Below, piece after piece: positions 11,812-21,675 of a stretch of 64,000 nucleotides of DNA (positions are counted from its first letter, which is position 1; each line of letters starts with the position of its first letter). The notes under the pieces are model-generated. The model did no database searches. It was not told the origin of the DNA and worked only from the letters and a program-made list of their open reading frames with translations. Both the position numbers and the translations under genes were made by a program. Origin of the DNA: Macrostomum lignano (Eukaryota); contig NIVC01002330.1 of the NCBI GenBank assembly GCA_002269645.1, forward strand, positions 50,051 through 114,050, written 5' to 3'.

Positions 11812-13222
11812 CTGGGAGGAATTGCTGAGATGTCAAGGCTTACTGGGGGAATTACTGAGATGTCAAGGCTTACTGAGGAAATTACTGAGATGTGAATGCT
11901 TACTTGGGGGAATTGCTGCGATGTCGAGGCTTACTGGGGAAATTTCTGAGACTTCAAGGCTTACTGGGGAATTTCTGAGATTTCAAGGCTTACTCAGGAA
12001 ATTGCTGAGATTTCAAGACTTTCTTGGATGAATTGCTGAGTTGTCAAGGCTTACTAGGGGAATTTCTGAGATTTCAAGGTTTACTGGGGGAATTGCTGAG
12101 TTGTCAAGGCTTACTGGGAGAATTGCTGAGACTTCAAGGCTTACTGGGGGAATTTCTGAGATTTCAAGGTTTACTGGGGGAATTGCTGAGTTGTCAAGGC
12201 CTACTGGGAGAATTGCTGAGACTTCAAGGCTTACTGGGGGAATTTCTGAGATTTCAAGGTTTACTGGGGGAATTACTGAGACTTCAAGGCTTACTGGGGG
12301 AATTTCTGAGATTTCAAGGTTTACTGGGGAATTGCTGAGTTGTCAAGGCTTACTGGGGGAATTTCTGAGATTTCAAGGCTTACTCAGGAAATTGCTGAGA
12401 TTTCAAGGCTTTCTTGGATGAATTGCTGAGTTGTCAAGGCTTACTGGGGGAATTGCTGCAATCTCGAGGCTTACTGGACTGGGAGAATTGCGTAGATGCC
12501 AAGGCTCGAGTTTAATTGCTGCAATGTCAAGGCTTACTGGGGGGATTTCTGAGATGTCAAGGCTTAATGGGGTAATTGCTGCGATGTCGAGGCTTACTGG
12601 GGAAATTTCTGAGACTTCAAGGCTTACTGGGGAATTTCTGAGATTTCAAGGCTTACTCAGGAAATTGCTGAGATTTCAAGGCTTTATTGGATGAATTGCT
12701 GAGTTGTCAAGGCCTACTGGGGAATTGGTGAGTTGTCAAGGCCTACTGGGGGAATTGCTGAGACTTCAAGGCTTACTGGGGGAATTTCTGAGATTTCAAG
12801 GTTTACTGTGGGAATTGCTGAGTTGTCAAGGCTTACTGGGGGAATTGCTGAGATGTGAAGGCTTACTGGGGAATTGCTGAGTTGTCAAGGCCTACTGGGG
12901 GAATTGTGAGAAGTCAAGACTTACTGGAGGAATTACTGAGATTCGAGACTTACTGGGGAATTACTGAGACTTCAAGGCTTACTGGGGAATTGCTGAGATT
13001 TCAAGGCTTTCTTGGATGAATTGCTGAGATGTCAAGGCTTACTGGGGAAATTGCTTAGACTTCAAGACTTACTGGAAGAATAACTGAGATTCGAGACTTA
13101 CTGGGGAGTTACTGAGATTTCAAGGCTTACTGGGGGGAATTGCTGAGATGTCAAGGCTTACTGAGAGGAATTGCTGAGATGTCAAGGCTTACTGGGGAAA
13201 TTATTGAGATGTTATCAAGGCT
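11812..13222. repeat. 30-31-bp minisatellite (GGGGGAATTGCTGAGATGTCAAGGCTTACT) inside Helitron copy 1
   Basis: About 45 units. Degenerate reverse-complement units occur at 30850-31560 in copy 2. Confidence 0.93.
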
Positions 13223-13520
13223 TATGGCATATTGAGCTCCTGCTGCGGACCAGAATATGCCCAGGCCAATGACGATATGCCCTAAGAGTTTGTGCTTGAA
13301 AGGATAAGTACTATTTGCTGAATGAGAAAGGGTTTTGGGCTGATGAAGGAAACTTTGGCTGGTGAAGGTTTTGATTCGTGGCAATTTATTTTTGCCAAAA
13401 ATTTGAAAAAGTAAGTTTTGATTGGATTTTGAATAATAAGTAAGGTGATTACTCATTGGCCAAAGTAAAAACCACTTGGCGTCATTTTTGCGCCCCCCAT
13501 CGGGGGGCGAAGATTGCTAG

Positions 13521-16500
13521 TCTCTAAACTAAGAATCCTAATCTCTAAACTATGAATCCAAATCTCTAAACTAAGAATCCTAATCTCAAACTTAAGAATC
13601 CTAATCTCTAAACTAAGAATCCTAATCTCTAAACTAAGAATCCTAATCGCTGAACTAAGAATCCTAATCTCTAAACTAAGAATCCTAATCTCTAAACTAA
13701 GAATCCTAATCGCTGAACTAAGAATCCCAATCTCTAAACTAAGAATCCTAATCTCTAAACTAAGAATCAAAATCTCTAAACTAAGAATCCTAATCTCTAA
13801 ACTAAGAATCCTAATCTCTAAACTAAGAATCCTAATCTCTAAACTAAGAATCCTAATCTCTAAACTAAGAATTCTAATCTCTAAACTAAGAATCCTAATC
13901 TCTAAACTAAGAATCCAAATCTCTAAACTAAGAATCCTAATCTCTAAACTAAGAATCCTAATCTCTAAACTAAGAATCCTAATCTCTAAACTATGAGTCC
14001 AAATCGCTAAACTAAGAATCCAAATCTCAAACTTAAGAATCCTAATCTCTAAACTAAGAATCCAAATCGCTAAACTAAGAATCCAAATCGCTAAACTAAG
14101 AATCCTAATCTCTAAACTAAGAATCCTAATCTCTAAACTATGAATCAAAATCTCTAAACTAAGAATCCTAATCTCTAAACTAAGAATCCTAATCTCTAAA
14201 CTAAGAATCCAAATCTCTAAACTATGAATCAAAATCTCTAAACTAAGAATCCTAATCTCTAAACTAAGAATCCTAATCTCTAAACTAAGAATCCAAATCG
14301 CTAAACTAAGAATTCAAATCTCAAACTTAAGAATCCTAATCTCTAAACTAAGAATCCTAATCTCTAAACTATGAATCAAAATCTCTAAACTAAGAATCCA
14401 AATCTCAAACTTAAGAATCCTAATCTCTAAACTAAGAATCCTAATCGCTGAACTAAGAATCCTAATCTCTAAACTAAGAATCCTAATCTCTAAACTAAGA
14501 ATCCTAATCTCTAAACTAAGAATCCTAATCTCTAAACTAAGAATCCTAATCGCTAAACTAAGAATCCTAATCTCTAAACTAAGAATCCTAATCTCTAAAC
14601 TAAGAATCCTAATCTCTAAACTAAGAATCCTAATCGCTGAACTAAGAATCCTAATCTCTAAACTAAGAATCCTAATCTCTAAACTATGAATCCTAATCTC
14701 TAAACTAAGAATCCTAATCTCTAAACTATGAATCCAAATCGCTAAACTAAGAATCCAAATCTCAAACTTAAGAATCCTAATCTCTAAACTAAGAATCCTA
14801 ATCGCTAAACTAAGAATCAAAATCTCTAAACTAAGAATCCTAATCTCTAAACTAAGAATCCTAATCTCTAAACTAAGAATCCTAATCGCTGAACTAAGAA
14901 TCCCAATCTCTAAACTAAGAATCCTAATCTCTAAACTAAGAATCCTAATCGCTGAACTAAGAATCCTAATCTCTAAACTAAGAATCCTAATCTCTAAACT
15001 AAGAATCCTAATCTCTAAACTAAGAATCCTAATCGCTGAACTAAGAATCCAAATCTCAAACTTAAGAATCCTAATCTCTAAACTATGAATCCTAATCTCT
15101 AAACTAAGAATCCTAATCGCTGAACTAAGAATCCAAATCTCAAACTTAAGAATCCAAATCTCAAACTTAAGAATCCTAATCTCTAAACTAAGAATCCTAA
15201 TCTCTAAACTAAGAATCCTAATCGCTGAACTAAGAATCCTAATCTCTAAACTAAGAATCCTAATCTCTAAACTAAGAATCCAAATCTCTAAACTAAGAAT
15301 CCAAATCTCTAAACTATGAATCCTAATCTCTAAACTAAGAATCCTAATCGCTGAACTAAGAATCCTAATCTCTAAACTAAGAATCCTAATCTCTAAACTA
15401 TGAATCCTAATCTCTAAACTAAGAATCCTAATCTCTAAACTATGAATCCTAATCTCTAAACTATGAATCCTAATCGCTAAACTAAGAATCCAAATCTCTA
15501 AACTAAGAATCCAAATCTCTAAACTAAGAATCCTAATCTCTAAACTAAGAATCCAAATCTCTAAACTAAGAATCCAAATCTCTAAACTAAGAATCCAAAT
15601 CTCTAAACTAAGAATCCTAATCTCTAAACTAAGAATCCAAATCTCTAAACTATGAATCCAAATCTCTAAACTAAGAATCCAAATCTCTAAACTAAGAATC
15701 AAAATCGCTAAACTAAGAATCCAAATCTCTAAACTAAGAATCCAAATCTCTAAACTAAGAATCCTAATCTCTAAACTAAGAATCCTAATCGCTAAACTAA
15801 GAATCCAAATCTCTAAACTAAGAATCCAAATCTCTAAACTAAGAATCCAAATCTCTAAACTAAGAATCAAAATCGCTAAACTAAGAATCCAAATCTCTAA
15901 ACTAAGAATCCTAATCTCTAAACTAAGAATCCTAATCTCTAAACTATGAATCCTAATCGCTAAACTAAGAATCCAAATCTCTAAACTAAGAATCCAAATC
16001 TCTAAACTAAGAATCCAAATCTCTAAACTAAGAATCCTAATCGCTGAACTAAGAATCCTAATCTCTAAACTAAGAATCCTAATCTCTAAACTAAGAATCC
16101 TAATCTCTAAACTAAGAATCAAAATCGCTAAACTAAGAATCCAAATCTCTAAACTAAGAATCCTAATCTCTAAACTAAGAATCCTAATCTCTAAACTAAG
16201 AATCCTAATCTCAAACTTAAGAATCCTAATCTCTAAACTAAGAATCCTAATCTCTAAACTAAGAATCCTAATCTCTAAACTAAGAATCCTAATCTCTAAA
16301 CTAAGAATCAAAATCTCTAAACTAAGAATCCAAATCTCAAACTTAAGAATCCTAATCTCTAAACTAAGAATCCTAATCTCTAAACTAAGAATCCTAATCT
16401 CTAAACTAAGAATCCTAATCTCTAAACTAAGAATCCTAATCTCTAAACTAAGAATCCTAATCTCTAAACTAAGAATCCTAATCTCTAAACTAAGAATCCT

Positions 16501-16886
16501 AATCTCTAAACTATGAATCCAAATCGCTAAACTAAGAATCCAAATCTCAAACTTAAGAATCCTAATCTCTAAACTAAGAATCCTAATCTCTAAACTAAGA
16601 ATCCTAATCTCTAAACTAAGAATCCTAATCTCTAAACTAAGAATCCTAATCGCTGAACTAAGAATCCTAATCTCTAAACTAAGAATCCAAATCTCTAAAC
16701 TAAGAATCAAAATCGCTAAACTATGAATCCAAATCTCTAAACTATGAATCCAAATCTCTAAACTAAGAATCCAAATCTCTAAACTAAGAATCAAAATCGC
16801 TAAACTAAGAATCCAAATCTCTAAACTATGAATCCAAATCTCTAAACTAAGACTCCTAATCTCTAAACTAAGAATCAAAATCGCTA
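13521..16886. repeat. 21-bp satellite (CTAAGAATCCTAATCTCTAAA), main array
   Basis: About 160 tandem units with point variants; source of the spurious SLEIRIL ORFs. Confidence 0.97.
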
Positions 16887-17574
16887 AATATCCATGTTGT
16901 ATTTAGTAGTTCTATATCAAAGCGGGATACAGTATATCAGTATCTTAGGCTCTAAGTTGTATAATCATGGATGAAAGAAATTATTATAAATGAGTGAGTT
17001 TTTATTGCAGTTAATAACACGTTGGTACTCGTAGATATTTTGTCCTTATCTACCCTTAGCGTATTGTCTAGTGTGATGCATTTCTTTTGTTCAACAGGAC
17101 GCGATGTACTTTTTATGCCTTCTATTGAAAGCATTGCTCCTTAGGCTTAAGTAGCCGTGCAGTACACAATTGAATCTTTATTAACTAACAGAAAAAAAGG
17201 GGGGACCATACACTATTTGTTTCTGTATTCTCATGCGGTTACTTTTAGTAATATATTTAGCATTATTTCTACTACTCAATTAGTGTAGTGAGTATATTTA
17301 CTATCTGTATTAGGCGAGACAATTTGTCTATTTTATCTTTACTATATTTAGTCCCTGTCCACGGTATACTCGTTACAATGCGAAAGTCGATGTGTTCATT
17401 CACCTATCTGCCTGTACATTGTTGTTTTGCTTACCCGCTTGTGTCCAACAGTTCTCTTGGAGATCAGCTCGTTGCGTTTAAATATATTTACTGTATTTAA
17501 TGGCCTGATAATGTCGCCTTGTTTAATGTGTCTATTGTTTCATTTGCGTTAGCTGTTTTCAAAAACTCCCAGAC

Positions 17575-18362
17575 TGTCAGTTGCTTGACCAGCCTCCCAG
17601 ATCCTTAGTTGCTAGGTCTTCCTTCACCCTCCAGATCCTCAGCTGCTGGGCCTTCCTTCACCCTCCCAGATCCCCAGTTGCTAGGTCTTCCTTCACCCTC
17701 CCAGATCCTCAGTTGATGGGTCTTCCTTCACCCTCCCAGATCCTCAGCTGCTGGGCCTTCCTTCACCCTCCCAGATCCCCAGTTGCTAGGTCTTCCTTCA
17801 CCCTCCCAGATCCTCAGTTGCTGGGTCTTCCTTCACCCTCCCAGATCCTCAGTTGCTAGGTCTTCCTTCACCCTCCCAGATCCTCAGTTGCTGGGTCTTC
17901 CTTCACCCTCCAAGATCCTCAGCTGCTGGGCCTTCCTTCACCCTCCCAGATCCCCAGTTGCTAGGTCTTCCTTCACCCTCCCAGATCCTCAGTTGATGGG
18001 TCTTCCTTCACCCTCCCAGATCCTCAGCTGCTGGGCCTTCCTTCACCCTCCCAGATCCCCAGTTGCTAGGTCTTCCTTCACCCTCCCAGATCCTCAGCTG
18101 CTGGGCCTTCCTTCACCCTCCCAGATCCCCAGTTGCTGGGCCAGCCTCCCAGATTCTCAATTGCTGGGCCAGCCTCCCAGATCCTCAATTGCTAGGCCAG
18201 CCTCCCAGATCCCCAGTTGCTGGGCCAGCCTCCCAGATCCCCAGTTGCTGGGCCAGCCTCCCAGATCCCCGGTTGCTGGACCAGTCTCCCAGATCCCCAG
18301 TTGCTTGGCCAGCCTCCCAGATCCTCAGTTGCTGGGCCAGCCTCTCAGATCCTCAGATGCTG
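17575..18362. repeat. 35-bp/28-bp compound minisatellite upstream of MED9
   Basis: Units CCAGATCCTCAGTTGCTGGGTCTTCCTTCACCCTC, then CCAGATCCCCAGTTGCTGGGCCAGCCTC. Confidence 0.93.
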
Positions 18363-18513
18363 GGCCACTCTCAGGCCTTCAGTTAAGGTGTTATTCAAGT
18401 AAGCCTTTAATTGTAATCCTGCCACCTAATGCTGCAATTATTAGGCATAATATTTGTCACGCACCGGAACTCATGAACCACTAGGCAGCAGTCCTGAGTC
18501 CCAGTAGCGTCTC

Positions 18514-18837
18514 ATGCATCACCAGCAGCAACCGCAGCAGCAGCACCGCCAGCATCAGGAAGCCGCCTCAGCCCCCATCCAGCAGGTGGATCTGGTATTC
18601 GGGCCGCTGATTCGCGACATATTCATTCACTACGCCAGCGATTCGCCCGGCACTACGGGAAAAATCCAGGAGCTTCGGCAAAAACTCGAGACAGCCAGAC
18701 AGCAGATTGAGCAGGCCGAGGGTATCGACCTGGACTCTGAGACGCAGCGGAGTCTGCTGGACTGTCTGGTGCACAAGCACAAGGAGAAGAGCGACTTGCT
18801 GGCCCGCCTGCGGCAGTGGCATGAGCCTAATGAGTGA
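18514..18837 (+). CDS. MED9: Mediator of RNA polymerase II transcription subunit 9 (107 aa, intronless)
   Basis: FGPLIRDIFIHYASDSP...IQELRQKLETARQQIEQAEGIDLDSETQRSLLDCLVHKHKEKSDLLARLR follows the Med9 pattern (F-x-P-L-[IV]..., PGI-x-x-S-x-E-x-Q..., K-x-x-LL-x-K). An in-frame TAG at 18505-18507 fixes the start unless spliced. Confidence 0.8.
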   Translation: MHHQQQPQQQHRQHQEAASAPIQQVDLVFGPLIRDIFIHYASDSPGTTGKIQELRQKLETARQQIEQAEGIDLDSETQRSLLDCLVHKHKEKSDLLARLRQWHEPNE

Positions 18838-19399
18838 ATCTGTTTCCGGTGTCAATTCCGGTGCCCCATGTGTCTACACCGGTCCCTGTGAAGAAGCCAG
18901 CAGTGCTGAATGCGCCAGCTTCATGTCGCAGCTGTACCAGCTTCAACGAGTGTCCTGCGCCGACGGTCGCCAGTTCACGGGTTGGCTGTACACGGTGGAC
19001 CCGGTCAGCCGGACCCGGGTGCTGGTTGACCTGGATGACCGGCAAGTGCACTTCCTACTGGCTGGAGCCACTGTCGAAGTCTCTCCGGTGCCGGGCGCTC
19101 AGCCGGCAACTGAGCAGCAGCGGATCGACATCGACAAGCTGGCTGTCGGGTGCGGCGCCGACGGCGAAGAACTCGACGACTCCGCTGTGGGATCGGCGAC
19201 AATCCAACGCCGCGACCAGGTGCGGGCCTGGTTTGCCAAGCACCGCATCGACTTGGCCGTGGGTGGCGAGGACTCGCTCAGCCTGACTCTAGGCGACAGT
19301 CTCACTATTAGGCCGCCCTACCTTGGCCGCACCTGCTATTGCAATAATGAGATTGTACTGGCCAGGTGTACTGCGCTGCTAGCCTTATTGCCGCCGTAG
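18821..19399 (+). CDS. GEMIN6: Gem-associated protein 6 (SMN complex, Sm-like fold); starts at ATG 18821 or 18830 and overlaps the MED9 stop
   Basis: FTGWLYTVDPVSRTRVLV, VRAWFAKHRI and LTIRPPY...CYCNNEIVLARC match the conserved Gemin6 blocks (GWVLTTDPVSANIVLV, LKKWLEKNHI, LTIDPPY...CSSSNEIILSRV). The supplied ORF start at 18707 is a TTG. AATAAA at about 19539. Confidence 0.88.
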   Translation: MSLMSESVSGVNSGAPCVYTGPCEEASSAECASFMSQLYQLQRVSCADGRQFTGWLYTVDPVSRTRVLVDLDDRQVHFLLAGATVEVSPVPGAQPATEQQRIDIDKLAVGCGADGEELDDSAVGSATIQRRDQVRAWFAKHRIDLAVGGEDSLSLTLGDSLTIRPPYLGRTCYCNNEIVLARCTALLALLPP

Positions 19400-19774
19400 T
19401 ATCCGCTTTAGTTGCAAACTCCTAGCTAATGCTGCATGTTTTTCTAACTGTAAAACATCCTTCTTCTCTACTCACAGTAGCGGATTTGGCACTACTACCG
19501 TCTAAACTATTTGCATTAATTGCTTGCGTTTGTTCTATAAATAAATACATTGCCTTGTCTCTGCTTTCTCTATTCAATGACTTAGTGAAGCTTTTAATGA
19601 AGACTTTCTACCAGTATAATTTTGCTTGCACTTTGTTTTTCCCAATCTTGACTTAGGTGCGGAAACAGGCGTGGGAAAGCAGTAAGTCGGCTGCTGTAAT
19701 TTTCATAATGTTTAGTCACGATGTGAGACCAATGAACGGAATCAGTGTAACGTGTGTACTATTTTACCGGTCAC

Positions 19775-20605
19775 TGTGTACACCAACCCGAGCTGTCACT
19801 GTGTGTACACCAACCCCAGCTGTCAGTGTGTACAACAGCCCCAGCTGTCAGTGTGTACACCAACACCAGCTGTCAGTGTGTACACCAACCCCAGCTGTCA
19901 GTGTGTACACCAACACCAGCTGTCAGTGTGTACACCAACCCCAGCTGTCAGTGTGTACACCAACACCAGCTGTCAGTGTGTACACCAACCCCAGCTGTCA
20001 CTGTGTACACCAACCCTAGCTGTCAGTGTGTACACTGGCTGTCACTGTACACCAACCCCAGCTGTCACTGTGTACACCAACCCCAGCTGTCAGTGTGTAC
20101 ACTGGCTGTCACTGTACACCAACCCCAGCTGTCAGTGTGTACACCAACCCCAGCTGTCAGTGTGTACACCAATCCCAGCTGTCACTGTGTACACCAATCC
20201 CAGCTGTCACTGTGTACACCAACCCCAGCTGTCAGTGTGTACACCAACACCAGCTGTCAGTGTGTACACCAACCCCAGCTGTCACTGTGTACACCAACCC
20301 TAGCTGTCAGTGTGTACACTGGCTGTCACTGTACACCAACCCCAGCTGTCACTGTGTACACCAACCCCAGCTGACACTGTGTACACCAACCCCAGCTGTC
20401 ACTGTGTACACCAACCCCAGCTGACACTGTGTACACCAACCCCAGCTGTCACTGTGTACACCAACCCCAGCTGACACTGTGTACACCAACCCCAGCTGTC
20501 ACTGTGTACACCAACCCCAGCTGACACTGTGTACACCAACCCCAGCTGTCACTGTGTACACCAATCCCAGCTGTCATTGTGTACACTGGCTGTCACTGTG
20601 TACAC
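19775..20605. repeat. About 25-bp minisatellite (GTGTACACCAACCCCAGCTGTCA[G/C]T)
   Basis: About 33 tandem units. Confidence 0.95.
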
Positions 20606-21675
20606 GAAGCCGCCGATCCCCAAGTAGCAGAAAGAACTAAAGTCCCATCAAAGATGCAGCGGGTTTAGTTTAGCCAATAAATTCTATAAAGCAGTGTTAT
20701 AGCACAGGGAATTGTCGCAGTAACAGGTTAATATACATATACTATTGATTTAGCACGCAAGACGCAGAAATATTAATCATATCTCAGTAGCAGAGGCGGC
20801 TTTCACAGTTGCAAATAATAAAAATTGAATAATTTTTGTGTCAATGCAAAACAGCGTCAAAATTTCAGTGTTATTGTATCTAAGCAGGCTAGTATTGGCG
20901 GGCCTATAGACTCAGTGAAATACATCGGCATGATTTACATCTATGAGAGGCATTGCGGTATAAACTCTAATGCTAGACATTAAGGACAGAATTTTTAATT
21001 ACAATCTATTTAAGGATTCCATCGATTAAATTCTAAAATCAACAATCAACAGGCAATTTCTTTGCCGATACATTTATTAGGTAAAAATTGTTGTTTGAAA
21101 GACGGAAGTTGAATATTTCATCAAGTAATTAAAAGTAGAAATATAAGGTACAATTCACTCTGGGTTGATATATGTTTATATTAAGGGTCCAGTGCAATAA
21201 CTCAGGCTAATGAGTAACATGCCCTATGCCATGCACGCGTAAATGTGTCAAACGCTCATGTTCGTACACTGGTGAAGTATCTGTTATCAGGACTTGAGTC
21301 TCACAAATTTGCTATCTCTTGTTCCACTTACTGTTTTCTGTTAGCCGAGTTCAAGAATTACCAGCCAAGGAGCCAGATAAAGAAATATCTATGGCAGTAC
21401 TCTATTAAACATTTAGCGCTTCAGAATCCACAAAATAACGTTAGAAAGCCACACACTATTAGTGCTGTAATTAGCCAGGAGTATAAGTGAAGATTTACCA
21501 TCAGACAGTCCTTTGGCCATAGACATTCACAACAGGCACTCTCTATAGCAATTTTAGAACATACTCATAAAATTCTCTGTGAATTCTCTTCAATTATGCG
21601 CAGCTTTTGTAGGAATTCCTTCAACGACGCAAAATAGGTTCTGCCATAGACAAATTTTAAGCTTCTAAAGTCGCT

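Larger units (their letters stand above)
7933..13520 (+). mobile_element. Non-autonomous Helitron, copy 1 (composite, satellite-laden)
   Basis: Starts A|TCCTATATACTAAAAATG. Ends with a GC hairpin CGCCCCCCATCGGGGGGCG, then AAGATTG and CTAG|T. Removing it restores the satellite unit ...AATCCTAA|TCTCTAAACTAAG with no target-site duplication. The first ~600 bp and the 3' terminus match 30757-35215 in reverse. Confidence 0.85.

Noticed and set aside
10317-12694. Several ORFs with repeats such as LGDACY, DSKHPP and LLRFQG
   Set aside because: All are frames of the 18-bp and 31-bp arrays inside a Helitron; no unique coding flanks.
13453-16878. 854-aa and 259-aa ORFs of SLEIRIL repeats
   Set aside because: Reverse-strand translation of a 21-bp satellite that lacks stops in one frame; non-ATG starts; the array is split by a Helitron.
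18707-18820. N-terminal extension of the GEMIN6 ORF in the supplied track
   Set aside because: Starts at TTG inside the MED9 CDS; Gemin6 homology begins after ATG 18821/18830.
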